A DNA stretch of 64,000 nt from Phycisphaerae bacterium (GCA_018003015.1 JAGNEZ010000032.1:5388-69387); one strand, 5' to 3'; numbered from the stretch's first letter, positions 28,427-38,191 are shown. Notes: a model not told the origin generated them from the sequence alone. Numbers and translations: made by a program.

Positions 28427-29947
28427 ATGAGCAAGGAAGTCATCGACAGACTCAAGCGTTCAGCCCAGTTGCCCAGTGCGCCAGGCACAGCGCTTGAGGT
28501 CTTGCGCCTTTGCCAGACCGAGGACGTGTCCATCGGCGTCCTGGCCGACACGCTGGCCACTGACCCCGCGTTGTGCCTTCGGCTGCTGAAGTACGCGAAC
28601 TCCGCCATGTTCGGCGCCAGCAAGGAGATCGCCAGTGTTCGCGACGCGGTGCTGATATTGGGTCTTCGGTCGGTCCGGGTCATGGCCCTGGGTTTCTCGC
28701 TGGTGTCCACCCGAGACCCCAAGGCGTGCAAGTCTTTCGAGTTTGACCGGTTCTGGGCCCACTCCGTGGCTCGAGCCGCGGCCGCTCGTCACCTGGCGGC
28801 TCGGCTTCGGATCGCCTCGCCCGAGGAGGCCTTCTCGATCGGCCTGCTGTCGCACATCGGCAAGCTGGTGTTCGCGGTGGGAATGCCCGACGTCTACCCG
28901 GCCGTCCTCCAGGTGGCCGGAGGCACGCTCGCCCGGGCCGAACGGCACGAGACCGCCTGCCTGGGCTGCTCGCACTATGACCTGGGCGCCGATCTGCTGA
29001 TCGAATGGGGACTGCCCCAGTACATGGCGGACATCATCCGGGCCCAGTCCCACCCCGACACGTATGAACCGGACTCAGAGCTGGGCAGATGGGTGAGCCT
29101 CATCCGCGCCGCCACGGACACCGGCGACATCGTCTGTAAGGCATCTCCAGACTACATCCTGGCCACCCGCCGGCAGTCCATCATCAACTCCGGCCTGATC
29201 CCCGAAGAAGAGGTGAATCAGGTTCTGCAGTCGGTCAAGGCGGAGTTCAACGACCTGGTGACCATGCTCTCGATGAAACCGGGAACGAAACCCCGCGACC
29301 AGGAGATCCAGGCCAGGGCCGGGGCCATGCTCAACGAGCTTCGCCTCAGCGCCCAGCTGCAGAGCGAGGTCGCCGAGAAGGGACAACCCGAAGTCCGGCC
29401 AGAGGCGGCCACCGACGAACTGACCGGAATCGCCAACCGCCGGGCGTTCGACCAACGGCTGGCCGAGGTCCTGGAGGAAAGCCGGCTCAGGGGCGACTCG
29501 CTCGTCTTAGTCATGATGGATATCGACTCGTTCAAGCAGTTCAACGACACGTTCGGTCACAAAACCGGCGACGTCGTGCTGCAGGCCGTCGCCCAGGCCC
29601 TGCTCAAGACCCTGCGATCGGTGGACCTCCTGGCCCGCTATGGCGGCGAAGAGTTCGCCGCGATTCTGCCCCGCGCGGACCGTCTTCTGGCTGCCCAACT
29701 TTGCGTGAGACTGAGGCGGGCGGTCGAGGTGTGTACGGTCAAACATGGCGACCGAAGCCATCGGGTAACGATCAGCGTGGGAGCGGCCCTGGCCCCCGTT
29801 CCGTTGGCCGGGTGCGGGGCCAAAACGTTGCTCCAGGTCGCCCAGGCCGAACTACGCGCGGCTAAGGCGAAGGGGCGCAACTGCTGCAGCATGAGGCAGA
29901 TCCCGTCGCAGATGAGAATCGCGTCCGCCCCGGCGAATCCCCGCTGA
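28427..29947 (+). CDS. HDOD domain-containing diguanylate cyclase (GGDEF)
   Basis: N-terminal HDOD (LPSAPGTALEVLRLCQTEDV...DPALCLRLLKYANSAMFG). C-terminal GGDEF with intact GGEEF active site and an RxxD I-site five residues upstream (RSVDLLARYGGEEF). DELTGIANRRAF linker. Confidence 0.92.
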   Translation: MSKEVIDRLKRSAQLPSAPGTALEVLRLCQTEDVSIGVLADTLATDPALCLRLLKYANSAMFGASKEIASVRDAVLILGLRSVRVMALGFSLVSTRDPKACKSFEFDRFWAHSVARAAAARHLAARLRIASPEEAFSIGLLSHIGKLVFAVGMPDVYPAVLQVAGGTLARAERHETACLGCSHYDLGADLLIEWGLPQYMADIIRAQSHPDTYEPDSELGRWVSLIRAATDTGDIVCKASPDYILATRRQSIINSGLIPEEEVNQVLQSVKAEFNDLVTMLSMKPGTKPRDQEIQARAGAMLNELRLSAQLQSEVAEKGQPEVRPEAATDELTGIANRRAFDQRLAEVLEESRLRGDSLVLVMMDIDSFKQFNDTFGHKTGDVVLQAVAQALLKTLRSVDLLARYGGEEFAAILPRADRLLAAQLCVRLRRAVEVCTVKHGDRSHRVTISVGAALAPVPLAGCGAKTLLQVAQAELRAAKAKGRNCCSMRQIPSQMRIASAPANPR

Positions 29948-30197
29948 TTGAGCGTTGTATGGGGGGGCAGACCCTGGCAATCCCGCCCTCGGTCAGGTTC
30001 TGGCGCGAACCCCGGACACCCCGATCTCATCGCCGAGTGAAGAGGCCGGGCCGTGGATCTTCGCTCCTGGTGGCCTCGACCATCGGCGCGGCTTCCTCCA
30101 TCATCGGAGAAGGGCTTCTCGCCTGCACCCGAGTTCATCCGTCAACAGGACACGCCCAACGCGGGACTCTGCGGGATGTTCCTGTACAATACGATCC

Positions 30198-31277
30198 ATG
30201 CTGAGGCTTGGAAGCGTCGAACTCGTCACCCACCTGCTGCTCGCTCCGATCGCCAGGTACTGTGACCTCGCCTTTCGGTTGACGATTCGACCGCTGGGCG
30301 GGCTGGGGCTGGCGTACACAGACCTGGTGAACCCTCGCGGGCTGCTGCGTCGGACGGCCAAGTCGATGGAACTGGTTCGGACCGAATCCGGGGACCAACC
30401 GTTGTGCGTTCAGCTCTACGGGAGCGAGGTCCGGCCGATGGCCGAGGCGGCCCGCTGGTGCCAGGACCATGGGGCGGCGGTTGTTGATATCAACATGGGC
30501 TGCCCGGCGGAGAAGATCACCTGCCGCGCGGGCGGTGCATCACTGCTGCGTGACATTCCGGCCGCGGCCCGGTTGGCGGAAGGAGTCGTCCGGGCATCGC
30601 GCGTGCCGGTAACGGCCAAGATCCGTCTGGGATGGAACGACGATGAGATCGTGGCTCCGTCGCTGGCCGCCGCGCTGAAGGAGGCCGGGATCGCCGGCAT
30701 CATTGTCCACGGTCGGACGGTGGAGCAGCAGTTCGCCGGCCCGGCCAGACTCGAGGAGATTAGCCGCGTGGTGACGGCAGCGGGACCGATCCCGGTAATC
30801 GGCAACGGCGGGATCGGATGCCCTCGCGACGCGGCGGAGATGATCCGGCAAACGGGCTGCGCGGGGGTGATGATCGGCCGGGGCGCCCTGCGCGATCCCT
30901 GGCTGTTCCGCGACACCTACGCCTTCCTGGTCACGGGCGTGGTTCCCGAGCCGCCGACGAGGGTCGACCGGATCGCTTTCATGAACCGACACTTCGATCA
31001 CCTGGTTCGGCTCAAGGGTGAGCGGTTGGCGTGTATCACCTTCCGGCAACGAGCCAGCTGGTACATTGGCAGGCTGGGCGATGACTCCACCTTCAAGCAC
31101 GGCGTCCGCACCATCGTCCGGGCCGACGACTACCGGAGGCTGGTCATTAAGCTGATGGAATCCGTGCAGCCCATGACCGACGGGAAGAAGCATCACGGCA
31201 CCGCGCGGGGCCGGCTCGACGGGCTGGACAAGCGATCGTGGAGGCCCGATGATGGTCTCGCTGCGTCGTGCGGTTAA
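30198..31277 (+). CDS. dus: tRNA-dihydrouridine synthase (DusB-like)
   Basis: LLAPIARYCDLAFR, VQLYGSE, DINMGCPAEK (catalytic Cys), KIRLGW, HGRT. Start at MLRLGS (30198). Confidence 0.9.
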   Translation: MLRLGSVELVTHLLLAPIARYCDLAFRLTIRPLGGLGLAYTDLVNPRGLLRRTAKSMELVRTESGDQPLCVQLYGSEVRPMAEAARWCQDHGAAVVDINMGCPAEKITCRAGGASLLRDIPAAARLAEGVVRASRVPVTAKIRLGWNDDEIVAPSLAAALKEAGIAGIIVHGRTVEQQFAGPARLEEISRVVTAAGPIPVIGNGGIGCPRDAAEMIRQTGCAGVMIGRGALRDPWLFRDTYAFLVTGVVPEPPTRVDRIAFMNRHFDHLVRLKGERLACITFRQRASWYIGRLGDDSTFKHGVRTIVRADDYRRLVIKLMESVQPMTDGKKHHGTARGRLDGLDKRSWRPDDGLAASCG

Positions 31278-31313
31278 CACCGCAGGGCAGTCGACGATGA
31301 GCGGGAGCCGATT

Positions 31314-32597
31314 TTGATACTCCATCGGTTGGTCGCGTTTCCGGAAAGCCGGGACATCCTCAGGCTCCATCTCTGGGCAACGCCGTTCATCGCCCTTCAG
31401 GCTGCTGTCTACCAGATGCTGCCTGTCCTTCTCCGGCAGCATTTCGCCGCCGACGAATGGCAGACGGCCATCTCGACCGCGGCCATCTCGATCACGCTGC
31501 TGTTGTCGGTGGTCTGGAACGAGCTGTACTGCCGAGCTCGTCCCGGGCTCTACCTGACCCTCTTGTGGACACTGGCGATCGCGCCGCTGGGCGGGATTGC
31601 GCTGTGCTACACTGCCTGGAGCGCCCTGTTCTTCATCGTGGTCGCAGCTACGGGCTTCGGCGGCATGCAGCCGCTGAGCGGTGATATCCTGCGTAACAGC
31701 TACCCGCCGATGGCCCGTAACCGCATCTTCAGCGTCATCCAGATGGTCAGCCAATGCACGGTCATGGTGGGCACCTACCTGATCGGCTTGTGCCTCAACT
31801 ACTGGCCGGAGGCCTTCCGGGTGTACCTGCCGGCAGGCACTCTGGCGGTCGGCGTGGGCATGGGCCTGCTTTACCGGATCACCCAGAAGCAGTTGTTCGT
31901 CGAACGCCGGCAGACTCAGCGCTCTGAGCCGCTTCTGACCAGCCTGAGTCGTGTCTACCACAACATGCTGAGAGTATTCCGCGAGGACAGCATCTTCCGG
32001 CGGCACGAGACGGCGTTCTCACTCTATGGTCTGGGCTGGATGATCTGCTGGGCCCTACTCCCTTTCATCTGTGTCGACAAACTCCAGCTGACCTATGCGG
32101 AGGTGGCCCGCTCAACACAGACCGTCTTGCAGCTGATGCTGATGGTGACCATGCTCCCGACCGCCTATCTGATGGACCGCTTCGGCCCGCTGACGATCGC
32201 GGCGTGGTCGTTCGCCCTGCTGATCTTCTATCCGATTGGCCTGATGTGGGCTCACGATGTCAACAGCCTGACGTTTGTCACCATCGCCTATGCGGTCATG
32301 CTCAGCGGCGTGAACCTGACCTGGACACTTGGCCCCATTCTTCTCGCTCGCGATGCTTCGCAGGCTCCCACCTATCTGGCAATTCATGCAACCATGGTGG
32401 GTATTCGTGGTCTCGTCGGCCAGTTTCCGGCGGTGGCCCTGTATCGCTGGACGCAGGATTTTCACCTCCCGCTGGCCATCGCCGCCGTTCTCTTCGCCTG
32501 GGGAGCAGTAATCATGTTCCGGGTGGAGCGGGACCGTCGAACCGCCGCGAAGGCCCGCTCCGAGGCCGAGCCCATGCCCTTGGCGCCTCCTCCATGA
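31314..32597 (+). CDS. MFS-type transporter
   Basis: About 12 hydrophobic helices in a 6+6 arrangement with a central loop (ITQKQLFVERRQTQRSE). TTG start. Specificity unknown. Confidence 0.75.
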   Translation: MILHRLVAFPESRDILRLHLWATPFIALQAAVYQMLPVLLRQHFAADEWQTAISTAAISITLLLSVVWNELYCRARPGLYLTLLWTLAIAPLGGIALCYTAWSALFFIVVAATGFGGMQPLSGDILRNSYPPMARNRIFSVIQMVSQCTVMVGTYLIGLCLNYWPEAFRVYLPAGTLAVGVGMGLLYRITQKQLFVERRQTQRSEPLLTSLSRVYHNMLRVFREDSIFRRHETAFSLYGLGWMICWALLPFICVDKLQLTYAEVARSTQTVLQLMLMVTMLPTAYLMDRFGPLTIAAWSFALLIFYPIGLMWAHDVNSLTFVTIAYAVMLSGVNLTWTLGPILLARDASQAPTYLAIHATMVGIRGLVGQFPAVALYRWTQDFHLPLAIAAVLFAWGAVIMFRVERDRRTAAKARSEAEPMPLAPPP

Positions 32598-32645
32598 TCG
32601 CCGGCCACCGCCGGCTGTCCAATGCTTGGCGGATGCACGCGCCGC

Positions 32646-34745
32646 TCAGGGCGTGACCTCGTCGGCCTCGTCCACGTCGAAGTCGCCGTCCTTGTCCAGG
32701 CAGGCGCAGGACGGCAGGATGCCCGTCCGGTAGGGCGTGCCCGAACCTGAGTAGCACGCGTGGGTGGCGGCCAGGTCGTCGGCGTCGGCATCACCGTCGC
32801 CGTCCAGGTCGCCGACCGTTGGACTACAGCTGAAGCCGCCGCTATAGAGGGCCATGGTGTCGACCCGGAGGATCTCGGCGCTGCTCGTCCACAGATACAA
32901 GCCGCTCACATAGGGGCCGGTCGGGGTACCGGCGGTGTAGGCCGTAATCTCTTTCCCGTTGATCGTGAGTCTGGCCGTACCCGCCGTGGCATCGTACCAG
33001 AGGGCGAGTTCGATGTAGGCCGAGCCCGGATTGAACTTCGTGCCCGCCACCGGCCAGCAGTCAGTGTCGAACATGACCCCCGCGCCGCTGAAGCACCGCT
33101 GGAGCACGCCGAAATCGACCTGATCGATGTCGCTATCCTGGTCAAAATCCACATCGCCGCACTGGCCAGCAATGGTGTGGATGGTCGGGCCGGTGTAGCA
33201 TCCGATGAAAGCCAGCACATCATCGCCGTCCACGTCCTGATCGCCGTCGGCGTCTGGTGAGGGCGGTTCGGCCGTTCCAACCGACCCGGTGACCGGGCCG
33301 CCGACCACCGTACCACCCACTCCCACGGTGGCCGGGCGACCGACCTTGAAAGACCCGACCGCCACGGCCTCATCGCCGTTCACCAGGGCAATCTGAAGGG
33401 CGTTGCCGGCCACCAGCCCGGTATCGAGCCTGAGCACAGCCTTGCCCATGACGACGCCGAGATTCCTGGCCGGAAGTTGCAGGGTCGGCAGCTTCACCCA
33501 GGCCGAGACTGCGGCCGCGCCCGCCGGCAGGGCAACTACGCGCTTGTCCGACGCGTAGTCGTCATCGGTCAGACTCCAGCCCACGTCGGAACCCGTTTTC
33601 AGATTACCTTGGAGGGAGTAATCGGCCCGGCGCATGTCTTCGACGCCCCAGCTGTTGACCAGGACCGGATTTGCCTGGGTAGGGGTGGCGATATCCAGGG
33701 GCGGGTTACTGTCCGTGTCCGCCTTGAACATGACATAGGTCCGCTGTGACCGGCTCACTCCGTCCTGGATGTCGAGCAATGCGGCGTTGACGGGATCGGA
33801 CACCTCGATCGGCTCGTCCGACTGGTAGATCATCACATACTTGTAGGGAGGAGCATTCTCGTAGGCGCCGCCCATATTGCTCCAAGCGTGGAACGAGCCG
33901 ATCGGGTTCCCGCCTGCGTCCACCATTCCGCCAATGTTCTGGCGTACCCAGTCGGCCATATCCACCGCCTGCCAGCCGAACAGCGGGTGCAGCGACCCGT
34001 GGGGCAGGGAATGGACCTGCGAAATCGGGATGAGGTACCCGCGGATCTCCATCGCCTTGTAGTCTCTGGCGATGTTCTTCCGCGTCGTCCCCGTCGTCGT
34101 GAGCCGCAGGGTGTTGTAGTGACGATATCCTTCCGGCTCTTCGAATACCTGTCCGGGAGCCAGGTCGGGGCTCTTGTACTCGAAGTAGTATTTCGAGCCG
34201 CCCAGCCCTCTCTGGTTGGCCCCGGCGTTGTTATACCAGAAGTAGTTGCTCGCAGATTCCCATCCGGGGCCGGTTGCCGCACTGTCGTTCTGTTCCCAAT
34301 CCCAGTTGTTGTCTGTTGGAACCCCGCTGCCGGTCGCCCCGCCGCCGTCGTCCCGGCGATTGTCCGTCCACGTTTCGCCTTCAGCCAAGATACCGAACTG
34401 CGGCTCGCTCTTCGTAGTCAGGCTCATGAAGCCCGCGTCGAGCTCGTCGGTCGGAAGACAGCAAGGATCATGTCGGATGTGGTAGGCGTAGGTGTAGCCG
34501 GGACTTGCCGGATCGTTGTCGATGATCTCAGTCGAGAGATATCCGTGAGGATTCAACAGGACGGTGACATCGTCGGCGGTCATGGGCAACCGATCGGGCC
34601 CGGCCGCCTGGTGTATCAGCTCGGAAGTATAGCCATGGGTGAAGAACCAGTACTCTTCGTATGGCGCGGCGAGCACCGAGGCTGCGACCCAGAGAACACC
34701 CGCGATGGCCAGAACGATAGTCCTTGCCGCTTTCCTGCCCACCAT
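32646..34745 (-). CDS. Secreted protein with unknown N-terminal domain and four dockerin/EF-hand-like Asp-rich calcium-binding repeats
   Basis: Signal peptide MVGRKAARTIVLAIAGVLWVAASVLAAP, with AAGGAG 6 nt upstream of the ATG at 34745. Repeats are DADGDQDVDGDDVLAFIGCYTG, DVDFDQDSDIDQVDFGVLQRCFSG, DLDGDGDADADDLAATHACYSG and DKDGDFDVDEADE. Confidence 0.8.
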   Translation of the reverse strand: MVGRKAARTIVLAIAGVLWVAASVLAAPYEEYWFFTHGYTSELIHQAAGPDRLPMTADDVTVLLNPHGYLSTEIIDNDPASPGYTYAYHIRHDPCCLPTDELDAGFMSLTTKSEPQFGILAEGETWTDNRRDDGGGATGSGVPTDNNWDWEQNDSAATGPGWESASNYFWYNNAGANQRGLGGSKYYFEYKSPDLAPGQVFEEPEGYRHYNTLRLTTTGTTRKNIARDYKAMEIRGYLIPISQVHSLPHGSLHPLFGWQAVDMADWVRQNIGGMVDAGGNPIGSFHAWSNMGGAYENAPPYKYVMIYQSDEPIEVSDPVNAALLDIQDGVSRSQRTYVMFKADTDSNPPLDIATPTQANPVLVNSWGVEDMRRADYSLQGNLKTGSDVGWSLTDDDYASDKRVVALPAGAAAVSAWVKLPTLQLPARNLGVVMGKAVLRLDTGLVAGNALQIALVNGDEAVAVGSFKVGRPATVGVGGTVVGGPVTGSVGTAEPPSPDADGDQDVDGDDVLAFIGCYTGPTIHTIAGQCGDVDFDQDSDIDQVDFGVLQRCFSGAGVMFDTDCWPVAGTKFNPGSAYIELALWYDATAGTARLTINGKEITAYTAGTPTGPYVSGLYLWTSSAEILRVDTMALYSGGFSCSPTVGDLDGDGDADADDLAATHACYSGSGTPYRTGILPSCACLDKDGDFDVDEADEVTP

Positions 34746-35306
34746 GATATGCTCCTTCATAGAAGTACGGAGATCTTAGCGAGGGGCACGGCCCACGCCT
34801 GTTCGCTCTCGGTCCCGACAGAGAAGCTGGAGGTGGGGCGACGCTGGGGCAATCGCAGAAGATGAGTGGCCGGTCGCCTCTTCAGACAGAGTGTGCCTTC
34901 CCGACAGGTGGAGACAAACCCTGCCTAATCCTATGATAGGCCGGCTGGGCGGGACGAGGCCATGCCCGAAAATGGTGGAAGGAGGGGTGAGGTACCACAG
35001 GATCCTGCCAGTTACGGTCGGTGCCGGGATAGCCACTTCGACTCGCGGCCATCCCCGCTGTCGCCGAAATGGCCGCTGGGGCGGACCGTGCTGATCTGCC
35101 GGGGGAGGGCGATTGAACGGGCGACGCGGTGGAAAAAACGGCCACAACCTACGCGTTCGCCTGACGAAACACCGTCACGGGCTTCCCGGACGGCCCTTCC
35201 GCCGCGCAAGCTTGCCCCTTCGCGGGTACGGCCCTCATAGCGGAGGCCCGTGTTCTGCGGCTCGGATGCTGGTGAGTTGACGGGCACCGGGGTCCTGATG
35301 GCATTT

Positions 35307-37568
35307 TTACTGGTGCTGAAAATGGTCCAGCACCACGCGTTTGGTCTCGCCCGGCTGCAGCCGGATGGAAACGGTCTTTCCGCGGTAGAGCAGGGTGCCG
35401 TGCGTGCCGTTACCGCCTCGCACGGCAACGTCGACCAACTGGCCGTCTCTCCAACGCATGTCGATCTCGAAGCCGCCGCGGGCCCGCAGGCCGGTCACGC
35501 TTCCAGTCGCCCAGGCCTTGGGCAAGGCCGGCAGCAGACTGATCACCCCCTCGTGTGACTGTAGCAGCATCTCGGCCACGGCCGCGGTGATACCCAGGTT
35601 GCCGTCGATCTGCATGGGGGGATGGTTACCGAACAGGTTACGGCACGTCGAAGGCGTGGAGAGCAGGGCTACGAGCATGTCGTGCGCTTTCTCGGCCTCG
35701 TGCAGGCGGGCCCACAGGGCGCCCCGCCAAGCGAAGGCCCATTCACGGTTGCTGTCGCCGGTTTGGCCGCGAGCGGTCAATGAGACCGCGGCCGCTTTGG
35801 CCAATTCGGGGGTGCCGACCACGTTGACTTGGCGCCCGGGGTAGACCGCGAACAAGTGCGACGTGTGTCGGTGATGATCGTTCGGATCGTCGCGGTCAAC
35901 CATCCACTCCTGAAGCTGGCCCCATCTACCGATCTTCGGGCCAACGAGCTTGTGGCGCATGGCCGCCACCTGGGCCCGAAAGTCGGCATCGAGCCCCAGC
36001 GTTTCGCTGGCCTGGACGAAGTTGGTGAACAGATCCCAGACGATGACCTGGTTATAGGTGACCCCGTCCTCGTTGGGCCCGTGTTCGGGGGACCAGCCGT
36101 TAGGCACCACGAGTCGGCCGTCAGGCAGGGCCTTGAGATGGTCCTCCCAGAACTCGCAGGTCTCCTTAAGGATGGGATAGGCCACGTCACGGAGAAAGAC
36201 CCTGTCGCGGCCGAAGGCGTAGTGCTCCCACAGATGTTGGCAGTACCACGCGTTGGCGGTCTTGTCCCATCGCCACCCCATGCCACCGCAGATGTTGTGT
36301 GAAGTCCGCAGCGCCCAGCCGCGTACCGTGCCGCTCGCCGTGGCATATTCCTTCTCGGCTTTGGTGGCTTTTCGCCACGGATCGAGCTGACTTCTGATCA
36401 AGTCGAACAGGGGACGATGACATTCTGCGAGGTTAGTGATCTCCGCCGGCCAGTAGTTCATCTGGATGTTGATATTGGTGTGGTAGTCGCAGGCCCAGGG
36501 GGGGGCGTTGCTCTCGTTCCAGAGCCCCTGCAGGTTGGCCGGCAGGTCCCCCGGGCGCGAGCAACTGATCAGCAGATACCGGCCGTACTGGAAGAACAGG
36601 GCTTCCATCTCCGGGTCGCCGCCTTTGGCCACCCGGCTCTTGCGCTGGTCGGCGGGCAGTGCCTTACGTTCGTCGGGCGACGGGCCTAAATCCAATGCCA
36701 CGCGGTTGAAGAGGGCCTGGTAGTCCCTCACGTGGTCCTGCCTGAGTGCGGCATCGTCCTTGGCCAGGGCCTTGCTCATCTGGCCGTTCACGCTTTCATG
36801 AGGGGGGTCGCCGCGGTAGCCGCGGGCGTAGTCCATCGCGTAGTCGGTGCCCGTGGTCACGTACAGTGTAACGCTGTCGCATCGCGTGAACTCGATCCGG
36901 GCATCGACCGCCTTGAGCGATCCACCCCGGTGAGCGGCCGACAACTGGGCCTCGTACTTCATGCCGTTGCAGAGTGCTCCCGAGATGATCAGTCGGCCGT
37001 CGCGCCCCACCGTGCGGGCCTTGTGGGCGTCATGGAGTTCGATCGAGCCCGTGCAGGCGCCGGGCTGGTCCGCGGTCAGCCGAACGACCAGCGCCTGGTC
37101 TGGCCTGCTGCAGAAGTACTCCCGGGAGTAATTGACCTCGCCGACCCGATATCGCACGCCCGCGATGGCGGTGGAGATATCCAGATCGCGTCGATAGCCG
37201 CTCGCCTTCTCGTGTCCGGGCAGTTGGATGAGTACTTCACCGAACTTCTGATACGCCCCCATGGTCTTGTCGTAGGAACCTTCCACCGGGTCGTAGCTCC
37301 CCGATGGGTTCTCGTCGCCGGTCCACAGGCTGTCCTCGTTGAACACGATCTTCTCGAGACCTGTTCCCCCAAAGACCATTCCGCCCATGCGGCCGTTCCC
37401 GATGGGCAGGGCCTCGGTCATGCCCGAATTGGGCTTGGCCGGAATGTCGTACCACAAGGTCAGGTCGCGACGCGCTGCCTCCCCGTCGGCTGCCCAGGCA
37501 CCGTTCGCCAGGCAAAGGCCCAACAGAAACAGCCATGTCGTCGTCCTGAACAGGATCGCTGAAAACAT
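35307..37568 (-). CDS. Glycoside hydrolase family 95 (alpha-L-fucosidase-type)
   Basis: Signal peptide. Hallmark GH95 N-terminus LWYDIPAKP...EALPIGNGRMGGMVFGG...NEDSLWTG and NLQGLWNESNAPPWACDYHTNINIQMNYWPAE. Confidence 0.92.
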   Translation of the reverse strand: MFSAILFRTTTWLFLLGLCLANGAWAADGEAARRDLTLWYDIPAKPNSGMTEALPIGNGRMGGMVFGGTGLEKIVFNEDSLWTGDENPSGSYDPVEGSYDKTMGAYQKFGEVLIQLPGHEKASGYRRDLDISTAIAGVRYRVGEVNYSREYFCSRPDQALVVRLTADQPGACTGSIELHDAHKARTVGRDGRLIISGALCNGMKYEAQLSAAHRGGSLKAVDARIEFTRCDSVTLYVTTGTDYAMDYARGYRGDPPHESVNGQMSKALAKDDAALRQDHVRDYQALFNRVALDLGPSPDERKALPADQRKSRVAKGGDPEMEALFFQYGRYLLISCSRPGDLPANLQGLWNESNAPPWACDYHTNINIQMNYWPAEITNLAECHRPLFDLIRSQLDPWRKATKAEKEYATASGTVRGWALRTSHNICGGMGWRWDKTANAWYCQHLWEHYAFGRDRVFLRDVAYPILKETCEFWEDHLKALPDGRLVVPNGWSPEHGPNEDGVTYNQVIVWDLFTNFVQASETLGLDADFRAQVAAMRHKLVGPKIGRWGQLQEWMVDRDDPNDHHRHTSHLFAVYPGRQVNVVGTPELAKAAAVSLTARGQTGDSNREWAFAWRGALWARLHEAEKAHDMLVALLSTPSTCRNLFGNHPPMQIDGNLGITAAVAEMLLQSHEGVISLLPALPKAWATGSVTGLRARGGFEIDMRWRDGQLVDVAVRGGNGTHGTLLYRGKTVSIRLQPGETKRVVLDHFQHQ

Positions 37569-37671
37569 GGGGGACCGCCTTTCCCACCGGCTTGGTGATC
37601 ACCGCTCCCGGCGGCCTCCGGACGGCCTCAACCAGCGCCGCGTGACGAGGCCGCGACGGTGCATCCGCGGG

Positions 37672-37887
37672 CTATCCGGACTGGCCATCGGATGGGCCTC
37701 GCGCCGCGGCTTCGTCCGCCTGCTGGTTCATGCGAGCTGCGTGGGCCAGGGCGCGATGCTCGGCGTAATGGCGCAGTTCGTCATCCCGGCCGCAGGAGAA
37801 TGACTCCACGGCCGAGTTCGTCGCCGTGTCGAGTACTTCCCAGGCGCAGGCATCGAGGTTGTACTTTGCAAAGAAACGGGGCATCAC
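37672..37887 (-). CDS. Small hypothetical protein (about 70 aa)
   Basis: GGAGG lies 7 nt upstream of the GTG (10 nt upstream of the adjacent ATG). The N-terminal two-thirds have ordinary composition (MPRFFAKYNLDACAWEVLDTATNSAVESFSCGRDDELRHY...). No recognisable family. Confidence 0.4.
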   Translation of the reverse strand: MMPRFFAKYNLDACAWEVLDTATNSAVESFSCGRDDELRHYAEHRALAHAARMNQQADEAAARGPSDGQSG

Positions 37888-38103
37888 AAACCGACCTCCA
37901 TGGCGACCGGATTGTATCCCGGCCGGGCCGGCATGTGAAGTCGTCTACCGGCTCCGAAGGTGCCGTTCGGAGAGACGTCAACATCCGAGTAACGCCGTCG
38001 CCGACGGCAGTGTTCCCCCAACGGATCGCCGGTCGAGCACTCCGTCCCGACGCCGCCTCGGGGGGAATGCGGGGCGGCGAAGGTCGCGGTTCCTACCCGC
38101 GGT

Positions 38104-38132
38104 TTGTGCCGGTCTCGTTGGTGCCCTACAAT
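38104..38132 (+). promoter_or_regulatory. Candidate sigma-70-type promoter (-35 TTGTGC, 17-nt spacer, -10 TACAAT) upstream of pgsA
   Basis: Hexamers read at 38104-38109 and 38127-38132, with the -10 matching 5/6. About 60 nt upstream of the pgsA GTG. Confidence 0.3.
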
Positions 38133-38191
38133 GGCCGGACGGACAGGGTACCGGCCGCACGGCGCTGTGACTCTTTATAGAGGCTAGTTCT

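Noticed and set aside
34914-34928. ACAAACCCTGCCTAA, reminiscent of the RNase P RNA conserved ACAGAACCCGGCTTA region, within the long spacer.
   Set aside because: The match is imperfect. The obligatory GAGGAAAGTCCGGGC-type element and P4 pairing partner are absent on either strand.
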